From an uncultured Caldisericota bacterium (GTDB taxonomy: Bacteria; Caldisericota; Caldisericia; UBA6126): 64,000 bases of DNA. Location of the stretch: positions 7,410-71,409 of the forward strand of contig CAZBOU010000002.1 in NCBI GenBank assembly GCA_964493625.1. Reading direction: 5' to 3'. This document shows positions 16,727 through 25,895 of the stretch, piece by piece. Numbering within the stretch: position 1 is the stretch's first letter; every line of letters starts with the position of its first letter. The notes under the pieces are model-generated. The model was not told the origin of the DNA and made no database searches. It was given only the letters and a program-made list of their open reading frames with translations. Position numbers and translations under genes: made by a program.

Positions 16727-19136
16727 TTTCCACTAGATGTTGGAAAGAAGATGTTGCTATCCAATACCGAAAACGAGTTGGATGTTTCAGATATTCCAGA
16801 ATCAAATCACTTAGATTCCCTATGGGTACCACAATAGACTTGTCTTGAAAGCGAGAATCTCGTGCAAGACTTTGCAATACAAAGGCTGTTTTGTCAGAAG
16901 GTTCTACTCTTCCTTCAATATCAGAAAAATAGGTTGCCACAATCAAATCGCTGAGATCTATCTCCAGAGCACATGATAGCGTAGATAGGGCGAGTTGCAA
17001 TCGAAATGCTGCCGGTTCATAGGGTAGCGGTCCTATGGAATCAAGTGTGAGAAACCAATCAAAAGAGTTGATGCTGTGGTTTGATAGAATAGAAGATGAA
17101 TCAAACCACTGCTTTACAATGGTCCATTCTTTTTCGATGGAATAGGGATAGGGTGAATCACAAAACAACTGCCCACTCCCTTCCTTTTTTTTCATCGTTA
17201 ATGATTGTATTTTTGATCCTGTTGTGGAGCTTACTGTCATTATTCTGCCTCCTGGAAACGTGGCTGCTTTTGCCCGAGTCCAAGTAGGTTTGGAGGGAAA
17301 TGTGACAGTATCGTTCATAGAGGAGGGCTTAATAATACTTTCAGCAACGAGAGATGAAAGATTGGTAGGAAAATGTTTTGGTAACTCTACAGTAAACATT
17401 TCATAATCGGCATCTTCAAGGTATTTCGAATGGCCAGTTTGTTGAAACATTTCATACAACAATACCGCTCTCTTGAACGAAAACAACGGGTGAGAAGGAT
17501 CTGCATTTTGATCGATTATAGACAGTGCTTTTGGAATTTTGTGCTGCTTTTGCAAGATAGTGGATACTAGTAAAAGCAGTTCTTGATCTGGCTTTGTATC
17601 TTTCAAAGCTTGGAGGGCCAATTCTTTGGATTCTTCAAGGGCTTCTGGGAACTCATAAAAAACACTTTTTTTAAACGCTTCAAAGGCCAATACCTTTAGC
17701 ATATAGGGTGGAAGATTCGAAGTCTTCATCTCTTGCACAAATGCTACTAGTTCTTCTTCCATATCTGCATAAAAGAGTGATTCAAAAATTCTTTTTTTGA
17801 CGCTAGACACTTCCTCCCATGTCAGATTCTGAAATGCAATTTTCTGATAATACAGCACCGCTTGTGCATATTGCTTTTGGTCAAACAGTACGTCCCCCAT
17901 GGCTTTGTTCAGTGCATCAAGTGTCGGATTTTCTTGCAAGCGATTTCGAATCTCCATTTCAGCTGCCTTGGAATCGAGCGATGCTAAAAATGCTATCTTC
18001 TGTATTGCATACTCATCTTCTGGGGATAACTTGCGAAGCTCTTGATACGATGCCAAAATGAAATCTTTTAAAACGACGGAATGGGTATCCTGCATTTCTT
18101 TGTTTGGATTCTTTTTATGATTGTTTTTAAATCGCTCTTGTGCATCGTCGATGCAGGAAAGATAAAAAGCCTTTGATACCCGATTTTTTCTTTCTAAAAA
18201 TTGATTCCACAAATAGGCAGCACACCCAAAATCTTTAAACTCTTCGCTGACTGTTTGAATGTATTGGATAAACAACTGCTCAAATTGTTCTGCTGCGTAG
18301 GGCAAACAACTCTCCAGTGCTTTTTGTAAAGAGGAAAGATAGCACTGATGTAGTGCACGAGAAACAGCTTGTTCAAAAAAAACTTGCGAATGGATTTCGC
18401 TTTTCATTGCATCAAGAAGAAGAGTATTAAATTCTACCTGTGCTGTGGGAATATCTTCAAGAAATGACAATTGAAGTATATAGGCATCGGCATTTTGTGA
18501 CTCTATATCTTTTATCATTTGAAAGTAAGGGAGATACTTTTGGTAGTCAAGATGAGTAATTGTATCCGTTGTCAACCGAATAGCTTTCAAATAAATTAAG
18601 TATACAGTTGGGTCTTCAAGATGATCCAATGTGGGTTCTAAGATTTGTACAATAGCTTCATAGTTGTTGGCTTCTAAAAAAATATCAATGGTTGTATATA
18701 AAAGATCTTCTTGCTGAGGAAACAAAGAAAGCCCTTTTTTCAATAGCTGGATTGCGCGGGAAGATTCAAGTTGATCCATATAAAATCTGGACAACATGAC
18801 ATATTCTTCAGGGGAGGTTAGGGGATACTCACGAATCTGGCTTGCAATATCTTCCTGTTTTTCTTGCAATTCCCTGCTACTTGGTTGTTTTTGGTACCCT
18901 TGAAGTAGCAGGAGTAACAAGTCTAAATCGGGAGTGGAGGATTTCAATAAGGTTTCGGCAATAGCATTAAAAGAATGCCAATCTGTTTCTGTCTCTAGGT
19001 AACACTCCAGCAGTTTTTTTTGAAGGGGGTTGGAAGATGTTTTGACAGAACCTGGGGGTTGGACCTCTGCAAGTTCTTCGGAACTTGCAGAGGTTGTATC
19101 CATAGCAATCTTGTTATTCGGTAGGTTTTTCTTCAA
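16698..19136 (-). CDS. Hypothetical helical-repeat (TPR-like) protein with a C-terminal degenerate Lon-protease-like domain
   Basis: 812 aa, long alpha-helical repeat region. The last ~190 aa follow the Lon S16 domain layout, but EPAAF replaces the PSAG catalytic-Ser motif (see finding). The start may be the internal Met at 19103. The 3' end overlaps the convergent 15725..16726 gene by 29 nt. Confidence 0.5.
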   Translation of the reverse strand: MKKNLPNNKIAMDTTSASSEELAEVQPPGSVKTSSNPLQKKLLECYLETETDWHSFNAIAETLLKSSTPDLDLLLLLLQGYQKQPSSRELQEKQEDIASQIREYPLTSPEEYVMLSRFYMDQLESSRAIQLLKKGLSLFPQQEDLLYTTIDIFLEANNYEAIVQILEPTLDHLEDPTVYLIYLKAIRLTTDTITHLDYQKYLPYFQMIKDIESQNADAYILQLSFLEDIPTAQVEFNTLLLDAMKSEIHSQVFFEQAVSRALHQCYLSSLQKALESCLPYAAEQFEQLFIQYIQTVSEEFKDFGCAAYLWNQFLERKNRVSKAFYLSCIDDAQERFKNNHKKNPNKEMQDTHSVVLKDFILASYQELRKLSPEDEYAIQKIAFLASLDSKAAEMEIRNRLQENPTLDALNKAMGDVLFDQKQYAQAVLYYQKIAFQNLTWEEVSSVKKRIFESLFYADMEEELVAFVQEMKTSNLPPYMLKVLAFEAFKKSVFYEFPEALEESKELALQALKDTKPDQELLLLVSTILQKQHKIPKALSIIDQNADPSHPLFSFKRAVLLYEMFQQTGHSKYLEDADYEMFTVELPKHFPTNLSSLVAESIIKPSSMNDTVTFPSKPTWTRAKAATFPGGRIMTVSSTTGSKIQSLTMKKKEGSGQLFCDSPYPYSIEKEWTIVKQWFDSSSILSNHSINSFDWFLTLDSIGPLPYEPAAFRLQLALSTLSCALEIDLSDLIVATYFSDIEGRVEPSDKTAFVLQSLARDSRFQDKSIVVPIGNLSDLILEYLKHPTRFRYWIATSSFQHLVEIILFDLKID

Positions 19137-19977
19137 TCCAAACTCTTTTAATCATAACAGGGTCTACAGGAGCATCATTAGGTCCGGTCTCAACATTTTG
19201 AATTTCTTCGGCAATGTCCATGCCTTCAATGACTTTCCCAAATACTGTATGTCTTCCATACAACCATTCACAGCCATCTTTCTTGGTTACAATAAAAAAC
19301 TGAGCTCCGTTCGTATTGGGTCCTGCATTTGCCATACAAAGATATCCATAGTCAATAGGATACGATTGCAACTCTTTATCATACTTGTATCCACCGTCTG
19401 GATTCTCACTTTGTATTGCTTCTACCTGTTCATCGGTTAAGCCTAAGCTCCAGGGGTTGATTTCATCTTTAAACTCATATCCAACATTGATGGGCATTTC
19501 TGTTTCTTGCCCGTCTTCTCCGGTAACCATTTTTGTTTGACCTGCTTGTATCATGAAGTCGTAAATAACGCGATGGAATGTTGAATTGTCGTAGGTTCCT
19601 TCACGAATCAATTTTCGGAAATTGTTTACGGTTAAAGGAGCAGATTCAGGATACAACTCCAATTTAATCAAACCTTTGTCAGTATCGATGTGCACAATTT
19701 CATTTTTAATTTGAGCAATTTCTGTTTTAGAAGGTTTCTCAACTCCTGGTGGCCACGAAGCTTTATCTTCTTTAGCGAGTTCTTTTTGGTTAAAAAAGGC
19801 AGATATTCCAACAATGACAAGAATGACAACAACCATGGAACCAAGAATTACCATCCATCGCTTCCGATTCAAGACTTTTTCTTGCTGTTCAATTTCTTGC
19901 CTACGGGCTATTTCTTCAGGGTTCATCTGTTTTTTTCCAGTAGCGATATCAAATTTTTCTTTTTCTTTTCGATTCAT
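19114..19977 (-). CDS. Membrane-anchored cyclophilin-type peptidyl-prolyl cis-trans isomerase
   Basis: N-terminal TM segment WMVILGSMVVVILVIVGISAFF. Cyclophilin motifs FHRVIYDFMIQAG, MANAGPNTNGAQFFI, HTVFGKVIEGMD. AGGAGG SD. Confidence 0.9.
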   Translation of the reverse strand: MNRKEKEKFDIATGKKQMNPEEIARRQEIEQQEKVLNRKRWMVILGSMVVVILVIVGISAFFNQKELAKEDKASWPPGVEKPSKTEIAQIKNEIVHIDTDKGLIKLELYPESAPLTVNNFRKLIREGTYDNSTFHRVIYDFMIQAGQTKMVTGEDGQETEMPINVGYEFKDEINPWSLGLTDEQVEAIQSENPDGGYKYDKELQSYPIDYGYLCMANAGPNTNGAQFFIVTKKDGCEWLYGRHTVFGKVIEGMDIAEEIQNVETGPNDAPVDPVMIKRVWIEEKPTE

Positions 19978-19985
19978 ACGTCCTC

Positions 19986-21482
19986 CTACGAAGTTAATAA
20001 TGATTTTGTAATGTCATCAGAAAGCTCGGGGAATTGTTTTAACCACGCAAGCCTTTCTTTATATAGTGTACGGTTTTTTTCCTCAATTTCTTGGTCGGAA
20101 TAATACAGCCCAACTTGAAAGGGAGCAAGGTCAAAGTCTTGGATAACGGCAGGAATTTGATACCCCCAAAACGGATCTTTCTCCCATTGGATTGATTCAT
20201 TGGCAGCTTTTTTAATAATTTCAGCCGTATCTTTGACGGTAATTTTTTTGCCTTTTGACCCGCCAACTTTGCCTGTGTTCAGCAGAAAACACTCTACATC
20301 TTTCATGCCTGAAATCATCTCATAGAACAAGGTACCTTCTTTTCCTTTTGAGCCTATGATGAATGGATTTGTCCCTACTTCTCGCTTGGATTGACCAGCT
20401 TTTTCTGGATCCCCCGCAGAGGTTTCAATGGATTCACCAAGCATAAAAAAGGCAGCTGCTTGTAAAGGGGTAAGCTTTGCTATGGGAGGAATAATATCTT
20501 CTCGACGCGTGATGAAGAAAATCATATGAACTTTTGGTAAATCAATTGATTGATCCGTATCATCCATATCCTTTCGGCATACAACGGCTCTACCGTTGGT
20601 TGTACGCGAAACATCTTCAAGGTTGACGGTGCCATCTTTCGAAACTGCCACATTGTCCATCGAGGCATTTTGACTGGTGAAGGCTTGATACATTACTCGC
20701 TGGTATGTAGGCTCTAAACCTTCTGTTTTAATGTAGAAGTTATTCTCAGAACCATAGCACGTTCCTTTTCTGTTCAAAAAGATAACATCATCTTGTCGGA
20801 TGATCACTCCTTCTGGTTTGCTAAGGTAATGGTCATGACAGGTTAATGTTGATTTTCCAGTTCCGCTAAGACCAAAAAAGATGGCTCCTTTTTCAGTAAT
20901 TGCTCCCTGTTGATTTTTTACCTTGAGTACTTTGCTTCCTGCATGAAGACCTAAACAATCTAGTTTTTGTTTTACATACCACATGGCCATCCGTAAAAAA
21001 GATTTTTTCACTTCTCCAGCATAATCAGTTCCAAAAACGTACGTGATGTAGTTTTTGGCATCCACAATTACTTTTCTTTCGGGCCAATCGGGGATTGCAA
21101 TTGTGATCAAATCATCGGTTTTATCTGGATTGTCAAAAAGAAGCTTTCCCCAAAAAAAAGCCAGTCTGGCGAAATCTTGAGGAATCAGCAGTCTACAACC
21201 CATAGTACAGGAAGCATTGTTCCCTATGTGCCGAAAAAGCTCGATCATAGGTCTTTCTTTAATACTCTCTAATCCGGCTTCAATAAGTGCTTTTTGCTCT
21301 TTACTAGGTTCATCGTAAATGATTTCCGTAAACTTCGCACTTCGATTCATGACCTTTGAGCAATACGATGGACTCCCAAATTCTGTGGTTATTTCATCTT
21401 TTTTTGCCAACTCCCGCAAAATTTGTAAATCAGGATTTTGAACTACATTCTTTGGAACAAACCCGCCAACCAACTTTCTCAT
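19986..21482 (-). CDS. pckA: Phosphoenolpyruvate carboxykinase (ATP)
   Basis: FFGLSGTGKSTL kinase-1a motif and FGTDYAGEVKKS. 498 aa. GGAG SD. Confidence 0.9.
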   Translation of the reverse strand: MRKLVGGFVPKNVVQNPDLQILRELAKKDEITTEFGSPSYCSKVMNRSAKFTEIIYDEPSKEQKALIEAGLESIKERPMIELFRHIGNNASCTMGCRLLIPQDFARLAFFWGKLLFDNPDKTDDLITIAIPDWPERKVIVDAKNYITYVFGTDYAGEVKKSFLRMAMWYVKQKLDCLGLHAGSKVLKVKNQQGAITEKGAIFFGLSGTGKSTLTCHDHYLSKPEGVIIRQDDVIFLNRKGTCYGSENNFYIKTEGLEPTYQRVMYQAFTSQNASMDNVAVSKDGTVNLEDVSRTTNGRAVVCRKDMDDTDQSIDLPKVHMIFFITRREDIIPPIAKLTPLQAAAFFMLGESIETSAGDPEKAGQSKREVGTNPFIIGSKGKEGTLFYEMISGMKDVECFLLNTGKVGGSKGKKITVKDTAEIIKKAANESIQWEKDPFWGYQIPAVIQDFDLAPFQVGLYYSDQEIEEKNRTLYKERLAWLKQFPELSDDITKSLLTS

Positions 21483-21492
21483 TGTAACTCCT

Positions 21493-22239
21493 TTATGAAA
21501 AGCTATTCAAATGATGTATCGTTAAGCATTCCTTAGAAAGAAAGCCTTTGTAAAGTTCTTTCATTATTCTATCGATTTCTGAATAATTGAAAAGAAAGTC
21601 TTCATTTTGTTTCATTTCGTTAAAAGAAATATAGTACAGTGTTTCTAGCTGTGATAAAAGGGACCAATCAAATCGTGGATAAATACTATTGTGCAGCGTA
21701 CATTGATGGCAGCATAGTAGATTGTGTTGAAGCGAAAATGAAAACCATTTCTCGGTAAATGCCGAATTGCACTTTGCACATGTTTTAAACTGTAGAGTAA
21801 AGCCCGATTCTTTCAAAAACTGCAAAGCGAAGTAGTACATTGCAAAAAGACCAGAACACTCTTTTTTTTCCAATGTGTACAGGGTAGATTGCAGTAAATA
21901 AAACAAGGAGCTTTGTTCCATTTCAGGCATTGTGAAGTGCTCAACAATATGGGACATAGATTGAACTGTCAACATATTCTGATACGATCGACTAAGCGTT
22001 AAATAAGGCTCTTCTACATCAATTTCTGTGATTGTATAATACTGGTTTTTTTCATAGAGCTGAATTTGACACAACAAAGGTGGTTCAAAAGAGGAATTCC
22101 AACGATTCAGGGTATGTCTTGATTTTTTGCATAGCGCAACAATTTTGCCTCGGTTTAGTGTAAACAAAGTCAGAAGTTTGTCATGTTCGCGATATGGAGT
22201 AGCCTTTGTGATGATAGCACTTGTTTTTACGGTAGACAT
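21493..22239 (-). CDS. recO: DNA repair protein RecO
   Basis: 248 aa. N-terminal OB-fold pattern AIITKATPYREHDKLLTLFTLNRGKI and C-terminal Cys cluster CAKCNS...CCHQC. Confidence 0.8.
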   Translation of the reverse strand: MSTVKTSAIITKATPYREHDKLLTLFTLNRGKIVALCKKSRHTLNRWNSSFEPPLLCQIQLYEKNQYYTITEIDVEEPYLTLSRSYQNMLTVQSMSHIVEHFTMPEMEQSSLFYLLQSTLYTLEKKECSGLFAMYYFALQFLKESGFTLQFKTCAKCNSAFTEKWFSFSLQHNLLCCHQCTLHNSIYPRFDWSLLSQLETLYYISFNEMKQNEDFLFNYSEIDRIMKELYKGFLSKECLTIHHLNSFS

Positions 22240-22245
22240 GAAAAA

Positions 22246-23430
22246 TTAGCTGGGCCTTAACAGAATGATAGGAGTTTGTTGGTCCCCATTACCGGCTGGA
22301 TTATCACTCATAGCTTTTTCAACAATTGATCGCAAAGATTCATTGCTACATCCCACGGCCCAAGCAATGTTAAGGTCATTTGCATCTAGAATTGCTGCAT
22401 CACAGCCTGTACGGTTTTTGATTTCTTGAGCTGTTTGATTGGAATCAAGAGGACCCAAAATGATAGAATAATCAAAAGGAGCAATGGCCCCGGGCATATC
22501 GTCAATAAGGGCAGCTTGTTCTCCAGCCAATCGATAAAACATGCCAGATCCTCTCCAAAACTTGCTGATGAACCCTCCAAACAGTGCTGCAAATAGAATT
22601 CTCCACCAACCTGACTCATCCATAGCCATTTGCATAGACAATGGATTGCACAGGGGTGCATTGCCTCCGAAATCAAAATTGTCATCATGGACAAACCTTG
22701 ATAGCAACCGTGCTAACCAAGAAGCTGTTGCCACATCAATTGTTTTCTTCCGATTTTCTGCAACTGCAACTACGCACGAAGCGATGGTTATGATATCTCC
22801 TTTTTGTCGGATGTTTTTTGTGAGTGAATCCACCAACGAAGGAATCGAATCACCAGGAACAATAATGTCTGTTTTAATAGGGATTCTCTGGTATCCATTT
22901 TTGAATACGGGGAAGGGTGGAAGAGTTTCAGAAGAATTTGTGATTTGATGTAGTTTTTCTCGAATCGCTCGACTCTTGGAGAACTTTTTCCCCAGTTCCA
23001 AGACTTGCACTGCTTCTTCCTTTTTGCCAATCTCTTCCAGAGAATGCGCATACCGTAGAAAATCGTTTTCATGGAAATTGGATGGGCGAAATGCTATAAA
23101 TTCTTCATAAAACATGGCGGCAAGGGGATAATTCTCTTGCATAAACACAATTTTGGAAAGGCGTTTTAAAAGATATCGCAAAGGAGTGTAGGGCGTGGTA
23201 TTAAAGATGCCTTTCCCTTTGGTATAACAGGATTGATACCACTGCAGTGCAGTATGGGAATCGTGTAGAAAGAAATAATAGACGTCTCCTATAAATAGCT
23301 CATACCAAAGATAAGTTGGGTCTATCTTCAACCCCTTTAAAAACTCATTAATGGCTGCTTGATAGTCTTTTTTTATGAGAAAAGCGTCTGCATTCTTTCG
23401 TATAGCAATTCGTTCTTTGCGAGATATCAT
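22246..23430 (-). CDS. TPR-like N-domain fused to a CofE/F420-0:gamma-glutamyl-ligase-like domain
   Basis: ORF track starts at 23442. I prefer ATG 23430 because GGGAG lies 5 nt upstream and it falls 2 nt after the guaA stop. The C-terminal half (GDIITIASCVVAVAENR..., AGEQAALIDD, DAAILDAND) resembles the F420_ligase fold. Confidence 0.55.
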   Translation of the reverse strand: MISRKERIAIRKNADAFLIKKDYQAAINEFLKGLKIDPTYLWYELFIGDVYYFFLHDSHTALQWYQSCYTKGKGIFNTTPYTPLRYLLKRLSKIVFMQENYPLAAMFYEEFIAFRPSNFHENDFLRYAHSLEEIGKKEEAVQVLELGKKFSKSRAIREKLHQITNSSETLPPFPVFKNGYQRIPIKTDIIVPGDSIPSLVDSLTKNIRQKGDIITIASCVVAVAENRKKTIDVATASWLARLLSRFVHDDNFDFGGNAPLCNPLSMQMAMDESGWWRILFAALFGGFISKFWRGSGMFYRLAGEQAALIDDMPGAIAPFDYSIILGPLDSNQTAQEIKNRTGCDAAILDANDLNIAWAVGCSNESLRSIVEKAMSDNPAGNGDQQTPIILLRPS

Positions 23431-23432
23431 AC

Positions 23433-24956
23433 CTACTCCCATTCAATGGTAGCTGGAGGTTTGGATGTAATATCATAAACAACGCGGTTGATCCCATTTA
23501 CCTCATTGGTAATTCGGTTGCTTATCCGTTCTAAAACACAAGATGGAAGATGGTGCCAATTGGCTGTCATTCCATCAACAGATTCCACCAACCGCAAAGC
23601 AACAACATTCTGATATGTCCTTTCATCGCCCATCACACCAACTGTTTTAATTGGTAGAAGCACGACAAGTGCTTGCCATATCAGCTGATCCTTGTCGTAT
23701 TTAGAAATTTCTGAGCGCATAATAAAGTCCGCCTTTTGCAGCAATTCAATGCGATCAGGGGTGATTTCTCCTATAATTCTGATCGCTAGGCCTGGCCCAG
23801 GAAATGGATGCCGATGTACAAAGTGAGATGGAAGTCCAAGTTTTTCTCCAATCACGCGTACTTCATCTTTAAACAAATACTGCAAAGGTTCTATAAGCTT
23901 TAGATCCATTTTTTCAGGAAGCCCCCCCACATTGTGATGGCTTTTTATTTTTGCAGCAATCCCAGACACCCCTCCGGAGCTTTCTATAACATCTGGGTAC
24001 AAGGTTCCTTGTACAAGATAATCTGCATCAAAAATGGCTGCTTCCTTGGCAAAAACATCGATAAAAAGTTTTCCAATCAGCTTTCGTTTTTGTTCTGGAT
24101 CCGATATGCCCTTTAAGGCTTCTAAAAAAACATCAGATACATTCAGTCTTTGTATATTCAATCCTAATTCCTGCAACATTCGAATGACTTCGTCTCCTTC
24201 ATTCAAACGTAGAAGCCCATGATCAACAAAAATGCATTTTAAGCGTGTTCCAATGGCTTTTGAAACAAGCAGCGCGGCGACTGACGAATCAACGCCTCCG
24301 CTAATACCACAAATCACATTTTTGGATCCTACTTTTTTCTGAATTTCTTGTATCTGATCTTGAATAAAGTCTGAGAGATCCCAATCTTTTGTTGCTTGTA
24401 ATACAGAAAAAAGAAAATTATGAAAAAATTGCATACCAAACTCACAATGGTGTACTTCTGGATGAAACTGAAACCCATATCGCTGAAGAGAAGGGTTTTC
24501 AAAAATAGCCACTGGAGAATGATCCGTTTTGGCAAGCACGGAAAAATTTGGTGGGGCTTTTTCTACACCATCTTCGTGCGACATCCAAACAGTGGATTCT
24601 AGAGGAATCTTGTTTGTCAGTGGAGAAGAGTTGTCTAGCACCTGGAGAATGGTCTTCCCATATTCTCGTGCTTGGTGTCTTTTTACTATGGTACCACCAT
24701 ATTGAAGAGTCATCAGTTGATAGCCATAACAAAATGCCAGTATGGGAATTTTCATATCCCAAATCTCTTGTTTTAGACGAGGGGCATCTGGGGATAAAAC
24801 AGAACATGGCCCTCCAGAAAGAATGATTGCTTCTACACTCTGAAGTTCATTTTGGGAAACATAGTAGGGATAAATTTTTGAGTATATGCCAAGTTCTCTT
24901 ACTTTTCTTGCAATAAGCTGTGTAAACTGCGATCCAAAATCAATAATTGCAATCAT
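23433..24956 (-). CDS. guaA: GMP synthase (glutamine-hydrolysing)
   Basis: GATase N-domain, PP-loop ISGGVDSSVAALL, canonical C-terminus KPPATIEWE. Confidence 0.97.
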   Translation of the reverse strand: MIAIIDFGSQFTQLIARKVRELGIYSKIYPYYVSQNELQSVEAIILSGGPCSVLSPDAPRLKQEIWDMKIPILAFCYGYQLMTLQYGGTIVKRHQAREYGKTILQVLDNSSPLTNKIPLESTVWMSHEDGVEKAPPNFSVLAKTDHSPVAIFENPSLQRYGFQFHPEVHHCEFGMQFFHNFLFSVLQATKDWDLSDFIQDQIQEIQKKVGSKNVICGISGGVDSSVAALLVSKAIGTRLKCIFVDHGLLRLNEGDEVIRMLQELGLNIQRLNVSDVFLEALKGISDPEQKRKLIGKLFIDVFAKEAAIFDADYLVQGTLYPDVIESSGGVSGIAAKIKSHHNVGGLPEKMDLKLIEPLQYLFKDEVRVIGEKLGLPSHFVHRHPFPGPGLAIRIIGEITPDRIELLQKADFIMRSEISKYDKDQLIWQALVVLLPIKTVGVMGDERTYQNVVALRLVESVDGMTANWHHLPSCVLERISNRITNEVNGINRVVYDITSKPPATIEWE

Positions 24957-25008
24957 ATAAAAACCTCTTCCTGTTTTTTTTACAAGTATATCAAAAACAG
25001 GAAGAGGT
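24957..25008 (-). terminator. Rho-independent terminator of the upstream SIMPL gene; its 3' arm contains the guaA SD
   Basis: Perfect 16-bp arms ACCTCTTCCTGTTTTT / AAAAACAGGAAGAGGT (24963-24978 and 24993-25008). Read on the minus strand they are followed by TTTTTAT and then immediately the guaA ATG (24956). Confidence 0.7.
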
Positions 25009-25040
25009 GACGGAATTTATTACAATTTTTTAGCCATTGA

Positions 25041-25790
25041 CTATTCTTGGCTACTTATGCATGCAAATGTATATGTTGCTTGCACTTGCGCTACAATTGA
25101 TTGGGTTCCGGGCATCACCATAGAACCAGTAGATTCTGGTGCACCCCCGTCAAGATTTCTTTTTGTGGGAGTGGCAGAATCTGTCGTCAGAACATGCAAT
25201 TCTTGTAATTCTACAAGCCCCAACCCTTCTGATTTTATAGCTGCTTCTGCCTTGGTTCTGGCATCAACAGTAGCTGCTTCAATTGCTTGCCTTTGTAGCT
25301 CTTCTCGATGCTGCATGTCAAAACGAATTCCTTGTATTTGATTCACGCCTGTTTCCATGGCTACATCGATCAGTTCGCCAAGGGCTTCAAGATTCTTCAC
25401 GGCAATAGATAATTGATGGGTTGTTTTGTACCCAATTAACGTGGGTTCTTCTCCAGATTTATAGGTATAAACAGGGCTAACATTGTATGAGGTAGTTTGA
25501 ATGTCTTCTTCTGCAATGCCTTCTTCGATCATTGCCGTAATAACATTCTTTGTCAGTTCATTGTTTCTAGCTTGAGATAGGGCAGCTTCTTTTTCTTGCG
25601 TAACAATACTACCACTTAAAATTGCCATATCAGGTTCTGCCTTAATCACGCCTGTACCCGTTACATACAGATTTTTCGGATTCTCAGGATCGGACTTGAG
25701 CTGATCGGCATTAACACGAGTATGGACCATAAAAAGAGTGAACAAAACGCTCACTATAACAGCTGAAGTAATTATTTTACGATGTTTCAT
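25041..25790 (-). CDS. SIMPL (DUF541) domain periplasmic/secreted protein
   Basis: ORF track starts at TTG 25814, but AAGGAGG would then be coding. ATG 25790 has that SD 3 nt upstream. Signal peptide MKHRKIITSAVIVSVLFTLF. LYVTGTGVIKAEPDMA and the following pattern are typical of SIMPL. Confidence 0.8.
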   Translation of the reverse strand: MKHRKIITSAVIVSVLFTLFMVHTRVNADQLKSDPENPKNLYVTGTGVIKAEPDMAILSGSIVTQEKEAALSQARNNELTKNVITAMIEEGIAEEDIQTTSYNVSPVYTYKSGEEPTLIGYKTTHQLSIAVKNLEALGELIDVAMETGVNQIQGIRFDMQHREELQRQAIEAATVDARTKAEAAIKSEGLGLVELQELHVLTTDSATPTKRNLDGGAPESTGSMVMPGTQSIVAQVQATYTFACISSQE

Positions 25791-25841
25791 AGTAGCCTCC
25801 TTAAAAATGTTCAATGTAAATAAGAAAACTTGAAAGAAAGG

Positions 25842-25870
25842 TTCAATGTTGAATCAAAATTGAGTATACT
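25842..25870 (+). promoter_or_regulatory. Candidate promoter of the trkA pair
   Basis: TTCAAT (25842-25847), 17 bp spacer, TATACT (25865-25870), 25 nt before the ATG. AGGAGG SD. Confidence 0.4.
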
Positions 25871-25895
25871 GTACTTTTACTTTTAGGAGGAACGT

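Noticed and set aside
24957-25040. Possible purine or guanine riboswitch ahead of guaA.
   Set aside because: The spacer is only 84 nt and is mostly one simple hairpin, so there is no room for a three-way-junction aptamer. I kept it as a terminator and SD-sequestering hairpin instead.
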